Below are positions 21,390 through 35,046 of a DNA stretch of 64,000 nucleotides, piece after piece. Numbering within the stretch: the first letter of the stretch is position 1; each line of letters opens with the position of its first letter. Source of the DNA: Eukaryota sp. GEM-RC1 (Eukaryota); the NCBI GenBank assembly GCA_040285855.1, contig JAUFOQ010000005.1, positions 868,001 to 932,000 of the forward strand, given 5' to 3'. Under the pieces are notes generated by a model. It was not told the DNA's origin. It saw nothing but the letters and a program-made list of their open reading frames with translations, and did no database searches. A program made the translations under genes and the position numbers.

Positions 21390-21710
21390 TCGTGGTACTG
21401 ATGTGTATGTCGGTAGTGCTTCAATTTAATAGATCTGTTTCTATAGTTTGATCAATTGTTGTTATTGTCTAGTTATCGACTATTTTACAAATTTTAATTA
21501 GCACTGTTTCCAGGAAGTTATGAACAACCATTCTAAATTTGTGAATCATATACAGTTATTCTTCACTACCTTGTACATTATTGTCCTAAAGCAGAATGTA
21601 GAACACCAAGTTGTTGCTTGATCCGCGCTGATTCATTATGGTTACGATGTAATCTTAATGAAAATTTTTATGAACCATAATTGTGAATAACAACGACAAT
21701 GTGATTAGGT

Positions 21711-21750
21711 CAGGGACTGTAAAAAATGTATTGCAATATATTGCAAGCCC
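21711..21750. mobile_element. Solitary degenerate TIR of the hAT family at 49900
   Basis: CAGGGACTGTAAAAAATGTATTGCAATATATTGCA versus CAGGGACTGTCAAAAATATATTGCAATATATTGCA (33/35). No partner end seen. Confidence 0.75.
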
Positions 21751-22106
21751 AATTGGACCGCCATCCTTGATTGTACTGACATTCATTTTGAGTATACCAT
21801 TCAGACACAATTAGTCTAGTGTATTAGCACATCACAGTGAAAATACAGTAGCAACCGATAAAGATAGTCTTGACTCCAATTAGTACAGTTCATAATTTTG
21901 AATAATTTGAAACAGTTGTCGCTTGTAAATAGCCACATTGAAAAAACTTGGCAGGTCTGGCAGTTGTGGCGGTCCTGATAAATTGGGTTGAGAAAAATCG
22001 TGATGCCGTGTTTGATCTGTGCCACATTGCAAAGGTGTGGTTGAGATGCTTGCTTAATTGATTAAAAACGTTTTAAACGTATTTTGGAAAAACACGACGT
22101 TCTTTA

Positions 22107-22149
22107 TGATGCCAGTTATAGCAAAGATAGGTTTATGTAACCAAGAAAA
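22107..22149 (+). repeat. 43-bp dispersed exact repeat, copy 1
   Basis: TGATGCCAGTTATAGCAAAGATAGGTTTATGTAACCAAGAAAA is identical to 45865-45907. Confidence 0.85.
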
Positions 22150-23478
22150 TCATTGTCAACGTTTTGTATATATTCTAGATTGAAACATAAAGCACAACTT
22201 TCTACTTTACTTTGTCCTGATTTGACAGGTGTTATTTCATATACGTTGTTTCTGATCAAACAAGACTGAAACAAGGCAATATGAATTGATGCTGACGACA
22301 TAATATGCTATATCGTTCGGTATTTGAACGAAATGACCCTAACGTACATCAGCAAATTGTCCGTTTCGTACGGACCATGTTGTACCATTCTTTGTGAACG
22401 TTTTTTATTAAAGTCGAAAAAATCGATGTCGTGTATTCTTGCACAAAGTTTTTTACCAATAACATTGAACACCAGTCCCCTGCGTTGGTTTTATTATTGG
22501 AGCTTTGTTGACTACAAGCTTTACAGGTACATTAATTTCTTCCTTTCTCTTCACTTAGCTTCTTACAAGATTCGGTATGACAATATACTATATCCACCAA
22601 ACAACAAACTGTTTTGTTTGAACTAGACTAAACAATTAGCTTCAAATAAGCACATTGAATTACTTGTATAATTATTTAGAACTCATGACTAATGATGACG
22701 CTATTGCTCATCCAGGTAAATGAAATAGCAACACTCTTAGACATATGGAAAAAGAATTCAGAAGGTCCATCACTACAAAAATCAATTTTGAAAGCAGTGA
22801 CCTCGGCACTATTAGTTTTAGTCACGGTAATACGATTTAAAAACCAAGAGTTCAAACCATACTAGACCACACTGCTTTTGTCACTGTGATTACAACCACA
22901 ATCACAAATTGTGATCACAATACTGTTTATTTCCAAAAATATAGAACATAAATTGTACTTATACTGTAAAAATCGATAACGATAACATTACTTCGTATAT
23001 TTGAAAGAAACAGGTTCTATTTCACTGTCTAGGTCCTGACACCGATAGACATATTGGCTTCTTCAAATGAAATGATTCATCATTATATTATCCAAATGAT
23101 CGTCTGTGATCTTTATTCTTTTCTTTCGCAACTGTAATCAAATGATAACCAATTTCTTCCGGATGGAGACGCTGATTCAGTATTACATGTCTGTCTTTTG
23201 AGCTATTTGACTTAACAACGCATATTGATCATTATCAACAGAATACCACCATTGCTGGGAGATAGCCAAATCAATGATTTCAGAAACACTGAGTTAGGTG
23301 CCCACTGATCAGTATTATGCTGTTTAAACCCTACAAAACTTGTAAAGAGGTTATACACATACTTTGGGGAATTAGAGTTGTTGTCCAAATATACTTACTT
23401 TGTTTTGTCCGAATATAGGTTCTCCTACGACTACTACACCAACAAGTCGCAAGACTGAGCTCACATCATTTTATTTAG

Positions 23479-24927
23479 ATGTCTTCTCATCCGTTGTCAC
23501 TGCAAACATATGACGATTCCTCATCAACTCAGACTCAAGGTATCACTTTATCTTCCGATCCCATAGATTCTCAAGATTCTGTGGTTACAAACAATCCATC
23601 TTTTTTGGATGAACTGGGTCATATAAGTCTAAAACCATTGTTCCGTCATTCCTTCTGTCTCGTCATAACGATGATACCGGTACTTGTCATTTCTCTGATC
23701 ACACTCGTTGACGCTGGTTTTCTTCTACTTAATCACGCCATCATAACATTCATATATACGATCCCATCTTTTCATCTTATTTTCTACACTCACTCTTATG
23801 TTAACCGTGATGATATCGCCAACAAGGTCAACGATTTGGATTCTTTACAACATTTTAATGTCATTTTTAGTTACAGGTGGGACTATCTTTCTGAAATTGA
23901 TACGAAGTACTTCCAGAAGAAGATTGCGAATCAGCTTAACAAATCAATAGATCCTGTAAAACAACCTAAATCATATGACAAAAATGCTTTTGCTGAAGAT
24001 CCGAAGTTTAACTTCGTTTCGTTCTTCTTTGTTGCATTGTTTTTGTCTTCGGTGCTTTTGTTGCCACTCAAACTGCTTGCAGGGTCTTTTTCCCTCAAAT
24101 CTGTTCTCTCTCCTAGTAATCCACTTGTTTACTTAGATGTTTCCCTTTTGGTTTGTTTATTTAATGTTTATGGTAGAAAGCTGTTGTATCGCTTGACCTC
24201 TTCATTACCGATTCCTGAGAGAGATTCTTCTAGAATGTGGTTCCTTGTTTCTTTAAAATTGTTATTCTTTTCCATCCCTATACTGATTTTATTTGATGAA
24301 TCTAGTTGTTATCATACTGATTTTGGGTTCTATGTAGCAGGTTTGTTTATATTGACATTCTTTTTTGATGTTATTTTTCCTTTCTTTTGGTACAAGTTTA
24401 GGTCTTTAAATTATCCATTTGAAAAGTATTTGTTTGACTTACCTCTGAGTCAAGCTAAAGTCTTTTACTACTATGTGTTGAGTTTCACAGCTCAATTCTA
24501 TGTTCCAACTTTTGCTATCATTTCATTTCCGTTAGTGTATCTTTATGGTAAGTATTTGTCTTACAGTTTAAGAAAGTGTTCACGTTTACCTTCAGTTACT
24601 TACAATATGGATCAATGGAAAAGTTGTTATTTGATGTCTGGTCTAATTTCTTCCTCCTATTTGTTCATCTTTTTCTTTATTTCTTTAGTTGTCAAGATTC
24701 CGTGTGGTACTTTTAAAGACCAAAGGTTGATGAACGTCAGTATGTTTACAACTCCCGTGTGGTTAGCTGTTGGTGTTGTTTTAATTGGATGGGCGACGCA
24801 GACGGACGGAATGCATGCTTCCTATAAGCAACTCAACAAAATCCTGAAATTCCGTAAAGATTCAACCAATGTATTGTATCAATCTTCTAAAAGAGGTCAT
24901 AAAGAATCGAAATTACATGGAAGCTAG
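23479..24927 (+). CDS. TMC-domain membrane protein, copy 3 (intact, 482 aa)
   Basis: Single ORF with multiple hydrophobic segments: IFSYRWDY, CYHTDFG, FEKYLFDLP, FYVPTF, PCGTFK; ends SKLHGS. Confidence 0.85.
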   Translation: MSSHPLSLQTYDDSSSTQTQGITLSSDPIDSQDSVVTNNPSFLDELGHISLKPLFRHSFCLVITMIPVLVISLITLVDAGFLLLNHAIITFIYTIPSFHLIFYTHSYVNRDDIANKVNDLDSLQHFNVIFSYRWDYLSEIDTKYFQKKIANQLNKSIDPVKQPKSYDKNAFAEDPKFNFVSFFFVALFLSSVLLLPLKLLAGSFSLKSVLSPSNPLVYLDVSLLVCLFNVYGRKLLYRLTSSLPIPERDSSRMWFLVSLKLLFFSIPILILFDESSCYHTDFGFYVAGLFILTFFFDVIFPFFWYKFRSLNYPFEKYLFDLPLSQAKVFYYYVLSFTAQFYVPTFAIISFPLVYLYGKYLSYSLRKCSRLPSVTYNMDQWKSCYLMSGLISSSYLFIFFFISLVVKIPCGTFKDQRLMNVSMFTTPVWLAVGVVLIGWATQTDGMHASYKQLNKILKFRKDSTNVLYQSSKRGHKESKLHGS

Positions 24928-25959
24928 TCATGATACGTTTTTTAGCACTGTTTTCTTTATTTCCCTTATTTGTAATTTTGGTTTATTAGTTTATGTTTTT
25001 ATAATATGCTTCTCCAGTGACTCTTCATTAAAGAAAAATCATTTTTCTGGAACAATTTTGTACTGCTAAGTGGTTACTTGGAAACAGTCTTCTTCCATAT
25101 AGACTATCAAATTAATGAAACAATTGATTCGATATAGACTCTACCACCACAGATCACTAAAGAGTATTTGATTTTGAATATCGCTAGTAACCTTGCTGTT
25201 TGCAGTTGATTGTGTTTCACGCTGACTTTGAATGTTTGGCGAACTATTCAGTTTTCAGTTAAAATTTTAAATTTTTGAGGAAGGTACTACTGAGCGCCGT
25301 GTTTCTGAAATTCTTTGCCTTAACCATATACATAGTATTGAGGTTCAACAAAACATCTATTAGGGCACACAATGACTTCATTGTCAAAAAATCGGTACTT
25401 AATCACATTGCCTGTGAACATACTAGTAGGATTTTCCATTTTTGCTGCCACTTACAAGAAAGGTTAGCCTTTGTAAAATGAGTACTTGATGATCCAAATA
25501 CAACGAATCCAAGTACACCTTTTCTGACGCATGAGTTGTATTTGAAGTTTGTTTATTTGGTTGCAAGTTGTTGGGTGATTTTACTAGAACCATTTGAAAT
25601 AGCCATTTACAGTAAACACATGGCAAGTACAACTGATGATTCGCTTTTTCCATGATCTCATTTCCATTCTTCTTCTAAATCTTTGGTGTAGAAAATGTAA
25701 TTAAAGTTATGGTGAGAGATTCGGATTCAGTAAGACAAATGAAGAATAGGATGAAATAGAATTTTTAGTGGAAAAATAGCCAGTTGAGAGGTTAAGTTTA
25801 TAATGGGTGTAGAAGACAGGACCTATCATAAGATAATTTAAAAGTGTCAAAAATTAATGTAAATGTAAATAAATCTAAATAAATAAACTTAATATGTATT
25901 TATGAAAATCCCTGATAACAGAATACAAAACCTTTAATACCCATTACTAGTCAAATGAT

Positions 25960-27460
25960 CTAGATTCCATGTAAATTTCCTTCTTTGTAACTTCTCTTCG
26001 AACATTTATACAAGAAATTAGTTGAGTTTTGACGGAATTCTAGTACCTTGTTAATTTGCTTGTCATAATCTCCCTTTATAGACAATTGTCCTATCCATGC
26101 CCAAGAACAAACACAAAAAACCAGAAACACTGGAGTTGTAAACATACTAATGTCCATCAACCTTTTGTCTTTAAAAGCACCACATGGAAACTTGACAACT
26201 AAAGAAATAAAGAAAAAGACGAACAAATAGGAGGACGAAATTAGAACAGATAACATATAACAACTTTTCCATTGATCAATATTGTAAGTAGATGAAGGTG
26301 AACGTGAACAACAAGTTGAGCTGTAACAAAACAAATAGAAGAAATAGATAAATACCAAAGGAAATGAAACTAAAGCAAAATCATAAACATAAAATTGAGC
26401 TGTGAAACTCATTACATGATAGTAAAAGACTTTAGCATGACTCAGAGGTAAGTCAAACAAAGGCTTTTCAAATGGTGTACTTAAAGACCTAAACATGTGA
26501 CAAACCAAAGGAAAAACTACATCCAAAAAGATGGTCAATCTGAATAAAGTGGACACATAATCAAAAAAATCATTTGGAAAACAAGCAGATTCGATAACAA
26601 AAAATAGTATAGGAGCAGTAAAGAAACACAATTTTAAAAAAATAAGGAACCACAATCGAGTCGAATCTCTCTCGGGAATAGATAAAGATGGAACAAAACG
26701 GGTGGAGATAAAGCCATAAATCATCTTTCTTCCAACAACATTGAATAACCAAACAAAAGACAAACATCTAAATACACAAGTGAACTATCATCAGAAAGAA
26801 CAGATTCGAGGGAGAAAGACCCTCTTAGCAATACTAGTATATGAACAATGAAGAACAAGAAGAAAAAACAAAACAATAGTAATTCCAAACGGCCAAAAGA
26901 GATCAGACAATATAATTTTACCGGAATCCCTACTAGGAGATTCTTTATCAAACGGTTTATATTGGTTAGGAAAATCTAATGCATCTTTAAGCTGGTTCGC
27001 AATCTTGTTTTGAACGTATTCCACATTTACTTCAGCAGTGCAATCCCATCGGAAACAAAAAATAGCACTCAAAACTTGTAAGGACTCCAAGTCATTGACT
27101 TCTTGGATGAGACTTTCGCAGTTAACTTGGGAGTAAACCATCATAATGGTGACAAAAGAAGGTATGAAAGACATAAGGGATACAATGAAAAAATGGATGT
27201 TTTTAAGTCAGGAAACAGCGATGACATCAGAGAGAACAAAAGAGAAGAAATAGTAGTCCTAATAACATAGAGAAATGGTGTATCAAAGGTTGAAGACTTA
27301 AATCATCCCACATGTCGTCAAACGGAGATTCATCATTTCTTGACATTGAACCACTGCAAACTACGGGAACAGAAGATAAAGTTTGTAATTGAGATTCTGC
27401 TGAGGAGGAATCGTCCACTTTTTCCGGTGAAGAGAACTGAGAAGACGGATGTGAGGACAT
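25960..27460 (-). CDS. TMC-domain membrane protein, copy 4 (several frameshifts)
   Basis: ORFs 27227-27541 (ATG at 27460), 26791-27174, 26721-26951 and 25960-26763 carry consecutive parts of the family sequence; ends GNLHGI. Confidence 0.7.
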
Positions 27461-27559
27461 CCTATAGTAGTGTAAGAAACACGGACAATCAGAAAACCTT
27501 TTCTTCAGTTCTGTCTGATGTTCAACCAGGACTACTTCCAAATGTTGACTATACCATTG

Positions 27560-28850
27560 TTACAGTTCATCAAGTGTACTTCATCTACTGTTTCGATCGG
27601 TTACGTGATAACCACACTGTTCCACCAGGTTCTTAAGAACTTTAAACACGTGTTCCTTCATGTCACCTACTAGTAACTCACCGTGATTCTACTACATCTT
27701 TGTTTTAGTGTCTCTATTGTTACTCTTTACCTGATGTGCGCACTGATGGGATATGAAATGTCTTCTGGTGTGTTTCTGAACAATATGAATGTGGCTTTCT
27801 TAGTACACTAAATTCCTTTTCCATTACGTTATTTATTTTCCAACTCTGTTAATTTTAACAAAGAGTTTATTGACAAAGTCAACGATTTGGATTCATTACA
27901 ATCTTAGATGCTTGGATCTGTTACAGATGGTCTTTTGTTGCTAAAGTAGGTGCTCTACACATACACAAGATCACTTCACAAGATTGTGAAGCAGCTGAAG
28001 GCGTCAGTCGAACATGTCAACCGAATTAAATCTTCAAGAGAGAAAACTATTGCTCATTCAAGGAAAATGGACTCCTTTGACATACTTATCTTCTTTTTTC
28101 TAACTATTATCATGGTTATTGTCTTGCTTTTGATTACAGCTGTAGTGTTACCACTCAAGTATTCGTTTGTTTATCCCATTTGATTCTTAGTAGTTGCATT
28201 TGGTGTTTTTCTGGTGGACGAAACTTCTTCTACCTTGTGGCTTTTAATTTTCCTTCTCCTGTGAGAGATTCTTAGGCTGTGGTACATTCTTTTTTTAAAA
28301 TTGTGCATCTTCTCCACTCCATCACTTTTGTTAGTTGACGGTTCAAATTGTTTCCTACCCATTGTGGTGTTTGTATTATCATTCTGTTGTATTTTTCTCA
28401 CCACTCTTCTTCTTTTTTTTATGAAAAATGGTGAGTCGTTTGTTAACCATGGAGATCTTTTCAACAACAATTTGGAGTTCGTAGAGGTAGTTAGTACTAT
28501 ATTCAGTCACAGATGGCATGTTAGTGCCAATGTAGTCGTTCAAAACAGGATTTTTCAACAGCTTAAAGACTTATTAAGACATGAAGACCGGACGAAGTCG
28601 TCTAAAATCTGACATATGTTTTTGAAGTGTCCTTTTGTTTTGGAGTTTTATGTCTCAATTTTATTTCTCTTAACAATCTTTTCTGCTGTTAATTTTCCTT
28701 TCTTTTGGTACAAATTTCGGTCTTTAAGTACATCATTTGAAAAACCTTTGTTTGACTTACTACTATGCTTTGAGTTTCACAGCTCATTTCTATGTGCCAA
28801 CTATCGCTTTAGTTTCATTTCTTTTAGTGTATCTTTTTGACAGAACAACC
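27560..28850 (+). pseudogene. Degraded TMC-family copy or copies
   Basis: Fragments in several frames with stops and deletions: DKVNDLDSLQ, RDSxRLWYILFLKLCIFS, STIFSHRWH, FPFFWYKFRSLSTSFEKPLFDL. The pre-TMC segment appears twice. Confidence 0.65.
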
Positions 28851-29190
28851 TGACAGACATTAATTCTCTCAGACCGGAATATATAGACACTCTGTTCAAC
28901 TCTAAGTGTTTGATGACAATCAGATTTATTCAAATGTTGCAAATTTGAAATTGAAATTTCTATAGACAATTGGTGTACTACATGAACCGGAAACATTCAC
29001 TTAAAATAAGGCATTATAGATGATTTTTAGAACGAAAAAGATTCTAGAACCAAATACATGTAGTGTATGAGTAACAGTGAGTTAGAAGGTTGTAGAGTTG
29101 GATGGTTTTAAAGTTGTAATGACTGTAACCACCTATGGGCTGATGCTGAGTTCCAATTTTTACAGTTACTGTTGGGACAGTCGAATACTA

Positions 29191-30710
29191 CTAAACTCCA
29201 TGCAATTTTGTTCCTTTAAATCTTCCATTGGCACATCCATACAAAACATTGACTGATTTTCGGTGTAACTTCAGTACGTTTTTAAGCTGATGATCAGCAG
29301 ATTTCTCCACCTCGTCATGGGAAATAACTGCGCCAAGTGATGCAAATATAATTAAAAACGCACATAGCACACTATAGAGCACCAATCTTTCTCCTTTAAA
29401 AGAACCACAAGAAAACTTGACAAAGAATGATATTACGTAAAAGCTGCTGACATAGAGACCAGAAATTTTGCACGCAATGGTGACACAATTTTTCACTTGG
29501 TCCTGATTGTAAGTAGCTGAAGGTAAACGTGAACACTTTCTTAAACTGTAAGACAAATACTTACCATAAAGATATATTAAAGGAAGTGAAATGAGAGCAA
29601 AAGTTGGAACATAAAAATTAGCTGCAAAAGTCAAAACATAATAATAACAGAGCTTGGCTTGACTCAGAGGTAAGTCAAACAAAGGCTTAATAAAAGATTT
29701 ACTTAAAGATCTACATTTGTACCAAAAGAAAGGAAAAATAACGTCAAAAAAGAATGTTAAAAGAAATAAACAGAAGACATAAAAACCAAAATCAGTATGA
29801 AAACAACTAGATTCAGCATCTAAAAAATATAGAATGGGAACCGAAAAGAAACACAGTTTGATAAGAAGGACGTACCACAATCTAAAAGAGTCTCTCTCGG
29901 GAGCAGGTAAATCAGATGTAAAGAAATACGTCAACTTTCTTCCAATTGCATCAAATAAACAAACAACCAAAGAAGTTTCCAAAAATCTTAGAGAATTGGA
30001 CTTAGTAAACCTGGACAAGATACCAGTGTCTAGAGAAACCAGGACGAGTAAAAACAAAAACAAAAACAACAAAAAAGAAATTGAATAGAGAGAAGCTTTT
30101 GAAGAACGCCTAGAACTGTTTTTTGAGACCTTTTTTTGGGACAAAGGAAACGGTTGGTCATGCTTAATGATATGTTGAAATTGTTCCGATAACCTTGTTT
30201 GAAAGTACTTCACATCCATGATCCCAGTGTAATGCCATTTGTAACTAAAAATAGCATTAAGAGACTTACAGCAGTCTAAGTCGTGAAATTTGTTGTAAGT
30301 ACTATCCCGTTTATCAGCTGATTGAACTTGAACCAGCAGGAAAAAATGGGAAACAAAAAAACAATTGAACAATGCATAACACTCAAAAAGTTCATCGAGT
30401 TGTATTCATCTGATAGATCAGTTGCAAGGAAATCTTGAATATCAAAGAAATTAAGGGTAGGTGAGGTGATAAGGAAGACAGTCATCACCACAGATATTAT
30501 CAATGGAAACGTCATTACTAAGAGGAGAGCTCTGGAAAAGGAGAAGATATATTCAAACATTTGTCCAACTGTAGTCCTAAAGTTCAAGGCGTCATCATAC
30601 AAAGGACTGAACCGGATGGAGATTTCGGTGTCTAAAGGAGAATTGGAATCTTCTGATGTGTCTGTATCACTAGAATCTTCTAATACAGAAGAGAAATGTT
30701 GAGATTGCAT
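29191..30710 (-). CDS. TMC-domain membrane protein, copy 6 (frameshift near 30350)
   Basis: ORFs 30276-30734 (ATG at 30710) and 29191-30372: IFSYKWHY, CFHTDFG, KPLFDLP, SCGSFK; ends TKLHGV. Confidence 0.75.
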
Positions 30711-30831
30711 TATCTTTTCAGATGAAGAGAACAAATCAACATTCTAGATTTTTCTTTTTCCAATTGAGAAACCGTAAACGGTCTACCTGACTGTTTTAGT
30801 AGTTAGTTGTTCGTTCTTTGTTGCATCATCG

Positions 30832-31191
30832 ATGTTACTCCATTGTGAAAACAAGCAAGTTCTTTATAAAGACGGATATGTCCTCTTTAAGTATCCCAAC
30901 AATATTTACGCTCTTACTCTAAGTCCTGAAGATCCCATACTTAACAACACTATAACTAACATCCAAATTGAACGTAGTCTCTCTATCTCTGGCAAGAAGA
31001 AGTCAGGTTCAATTCGAGTGGCTCCTGATACCAAGTTGATCACCATCACTACACCTGATGGTGAACACATCATCCGTTGTCATCTTACTGGTGTCCTTAT
31101 CCAAGTCAACGAAAGGCTAGTACAAGAGCCGGAACTTCTCTACAATCCGCTCTCCACTTTCATTGCTGTCTTTTACAATGTATCGAGTTAG
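30832..31191 (+). CDS. ABITRAM: ABITRAM/Simiate (FAM206A)-like protein
   Basis: ISGKKKSG...IRCHLTGVLIQVNERLVQEPELL...TFIAV matches the remembered pattern of this small glycine-cleavage-H-like family. Confidence 0.75.
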   Translation: MLLHCENKQVLYKDGYVLFKYPNNIYALTLSPEDPILNNTITNIQIERSLSISGKKKSGSIRVAPDTKLITITTPDGEHIIRCHLTGVLIQVNERLVQEPELLYNPLSTFIAVFYNVSS

Positions 31192-31556
31192 ATGTGTTGT
31201 ATTGTTTGCTTCTTAATTATCTTTCAATACAAATGTGGCATTTGAATCGAGTGCAAAACATTATGTCTCTTTTGTAGAAACTTTACTTGTTGGATATCGA
31301 CGTCAGAGCAGTACAACGTATATCTTTGTTTTTCTTAGCGAAGAGATTATGGTTCTGAGTCTCGACCCATTATTGTATTTAATAAACCATCTGATAAGTC
31401 AAACTGTGGGATGAGAATGACATCATACTAGTCTGACAGATTACGAAAGAGCAACAATATGAGTGAAGCCAATGCTTCTAGTACAGTAGTACAGTAGTGT
31501 AATGGCGAATTTCCCTGCACTTTTCTTCTTCATCAGACATCAATCATTGACATCAA

Positions 31557-31820
31557 ATGGGTTCCTATATGACGCCGCAAGAATATCGCGAGTATAAGCA
31601 AGAAGCTCGTGCCCACAATGCTCAGGTTGCTGATCGCCTCCGTCAAGTCTCCAACTACAGTTCAAACAGTTATGGCGCAGCTCAGCTTCAACGCAACGCA
31701 GATGTTATACAAAACACAAGACACATGGTGTCATGTTCTACTGATGTTGCTCACGTTCCTGGTTTCGGTACTCACACCATGAAAGTTGTTGATCAAGTGA
31801 ACAGCCGCTCTCACAAGTAG
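31557..31820 (+). CDS. Small hypothetical protein (87 aa)
   Basis: ATG in CATCAAATG context, higher GC than flanks, hydrophilic composition. No recognised motif. Confidence 0.55.
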   Translation: MGSYMTPQEYREYKQEARAHNAQVADRLRQVSNYSSNSYGAAQLQRNADVIQNTRHMVSCSTDVAHVPGFGTHTMKVVDQVNSRSHK

Positions 31821-32022
31821 ACTTCTTTGAACAGTTCCTGCATTAAACATCAACACGAGGTTCTTTCTCTTTGCACATAGAAACGAATCTATGTTGTCCC
31901 TACATTTTACTTGAATCTATAAATTAACATACTCTCAAATCAACCGAAACCAAGTGCCTACCCCAAAGAATATCAGAACATAACAGACACAAATCTATAA
32001 TACAATAATTTATACTACAAAA

Positions 32023-35002
32023 TTAAACCTCTGAAACAGAATAAAACTGTGTCAGTGATGGATCATTCTTTAAAATAACAGATAAAGCCTTCTCTACAGC
32101 CAAATCAGCCTCGTCATCATCAGCATCACTCTTCAATAACAAATCCCGAACAACATTAAATGAATCTCTATAAATGATTTTACTCCAAGGTTGAGTAAGA
32201 AAACTCAAAAGATTAAAACTTCCTTCAGTAAATCTGTTCAATATTTGATTGAGATAGTTAGAGTTTAGACCAACCAGTTTAATAAAGTCAAAGAGAAGAA
32301 TATTTCTAAAGGATTCCGTGACTGAAGCAAATAAACCCACAATTTCATCATATGAATTGAAAATTATACAAATATTTCCAAATTCATTCTCAGTTTGAAT
32401 AGTTTTGCCAATCGGACAATCATTTTGGTAATAGTTGAAAGCAATTAGAACAGTCGTATCTGAATTATTGACTTCCAAATTGGAAAAGAAACCAGATAAT
32501 TGAAATTTTGAACATAATTCAGGGAGTTCCACGTCAACATTGGTATGTGGTAAAGAAACAGAAGCATCTAACGACAGACCATCATTTTTGATTGAAGGAT
32601 CATAACAAGCCAGTAACACGTCAGCTAGGTACTTCCCTAAAATTTTTGGTTCAAAATTGTCAAAATCAAATGAATTTTTAATATCTAACTGTGCAAAAGT
32701 AGACAAGCTTGAGGGTGGACCAATGGAGAATATCACAGCATCATTAGTATGTAAACGTTGGTCCACTAGAAGTTTTCCCTCTCTCAAAACAACATCCATA
32801 ACATTTCCAAAATTCTGTAAATAATCCATATTTAATTTGGGTTGATCGAAAATCCAACAGGCAGTGTGATAATTATTATCCAAACTAGAAAAGAAATCAA
32901 GAGATACAAACTCGACTTTAACATTGACTTGTTCAAATACTTCCAAGAAATGTTGGACACATCGATGTAGAAGAGTTGCTGAAACTGTTGATTGTTTGGA
33001 ATTATTCAAATTTTCGCTAAGTTTTAAACTTATTGAACTTGGAGAAACTCCTTTTGTAAAAGTAAGTTTACAGTAGCAAATCCGGTCAGTAATGGAGAAA
33101 TCTCTGGCCAAACTCCAGTTTCATTGGTTTCTTTGATTGCAATCAAAAATGATTGTTCATCATCTGGTTCTTCTAAACAAAGATCAATAGAATCACCAAG
33201 AGCACCACTATCATAGAGATTTTGAAAAACATTAGAATTAGTTTGACTTTCGTCTAAAGAAGGGGTTAAAATCAAACAATCAAAATTGACTGCCATCACA
33301 TCATTCGTGTCAAAAACTTCGACGTTAATGACCCTAGTGACGGTGTTGATACTAACAACAGAGCCAGGAATGACTGCAATGCTGTTGTAAGTCAATCGAT
33401 CCAGCTCATAAAGATCAAAAATCAACGATTTAGGAAACTGTGAATAAGGATCAGTCATCATTGAGATACAATCACTAGCCCTCGTTTTGATTGAAGAATC
33501 AATAATCGTAATTGATTGAAAACTACACGAGTTATCAACAATCAACGAGTGAATAACAGACAAAGTCCATGAATTAAGTCCAATAAAGCATAACGATACC
33601 GGATAAAGCTTGGGTAAGTCTAACGACAAATGATGAGAGAAGAATCTAATGGGGGAGAGTAATAGCTCATTATTGGAGTCGTTTAATTCAAATACATCAG
33701 AACTTAAATGGGTTGGAGGAATCGACTGGAAATATTTTAATAATTGAGAATTTGAAATAGGATCGTGATTCGAATCCTTTGAGAAGATCAATTTTGATCC
33801 GGTTTGAATTTGGATAAAATTTAAAATACATGGAATTACTGAATGAAGTGACTGTGGGCACTTGAATTCCTCAATTTCTACAGCAGTACCGATTTTGTTA
33901 CAAATATTAAAATATTGTTCAATAAATCGAGTTTCTTTCAAAACTCTAGGCATGCACTCATTAATTCTAAAAAGACGATACATTTCATTAACACAAGTCT
34001 CATCTTTTCACTAAAGAAAACATGAATACCCGTACAATCACTTTCAATCTCATTATTAGTAACAGTCAACCAATCAAAAATGATTGCATTCCTATCAATG
34101 AACTGCAAACGTGACTCAGGCAACAGTACGACTAAATCACAGAGAGAATGACCAGGAATTGAGATTAAGTTAGTATCAGAAGTAAAGAACTCGTCTAAAA
34201 TCAGTACATCAATAGGTAACTTAGAGAATACTTCTTGAATTAATTCACCAGCCATAACTGAGTACTCCGAACTAACAAGGGAAAAGGCCTTTAAAAGACC
34301 AAACCGAGTGTTTTGAGATGTGTCGGAAGAGCTGTTTTCACGGTATAGAACAACGTCTAATTCGGAATTATTTAAATTTGATAAAAGACAATCGGAGAAA
34401 ACACACGCAGAAATAAAAGCAACGATTTCAGAGTTATGAAAGACACAGAAACAAAGGTTATTAACTGGGTCTCTTTCAGAATCCTCAATCATTGCCACCA
34501 GGTCATCAGAGGGAGGGAGAATGGAAGTGGAGGAAGAAAAGGAAGCGATGAGATCATCGTATAGTTCTAGGTAGATTGGCGAGAGCATGAGGTCATCGTT
34601 GAAAAGGACGTAGTTGCGAGTAAAGAAAGAGAGAGAAGAAGAGAGTGGTTCAAGGGGGATTGATGGAAGAGGAGAAGAGGTAAGGACGTGGGTGATGGTA
34701 GGATGAGATGTGAAGAAGTGGTGGAGGATGGAGGTGAGACAGGTAGCAGATTGAGTGGATGAAAGATGAAGAGTGATGCAACGGGTGGATGAAACTGAAG
34801 GAGAATGTTCTGATAACAAGGAAAACTGATCACGTGAAGGTAGATAGAAAGAGCAGAAGCCAATTAGGGTGTTATCATCATCGAAAGCAACTAAGCAAAC
34901 AACTGAGTCGAGAACTTCATTGAACAATTCATAAGATGAGAGATGTGGAAGAAGTGCAGTAACTTGGTTCACATCTGAAGCGGTGATAGGATGAACGGAC
35001 AT
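32023..35002 (-). CDS. CFAP61: CFAP61-like cilia- and flagella-associated protein (two frameshifts)
   Basis: Three overlapping ORFs. N-terminal acetyltransferase-like region, a pyridine-nucleotide-oxidoreductase-like middle (SITIID, GSVVSINTVTRVINV, FDCLILT), and C-terminal LVGLNSNYLNQILNRFTEG...LLSFLTQPWSKIIYRDSF resembling the CFAP61 C-terminus. Confidence 0.7.
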
Positions 35003-35046
35003 TTGAATGAGATTGCCACAATCTAGAATCTGTTTTTGGTGTAAAA

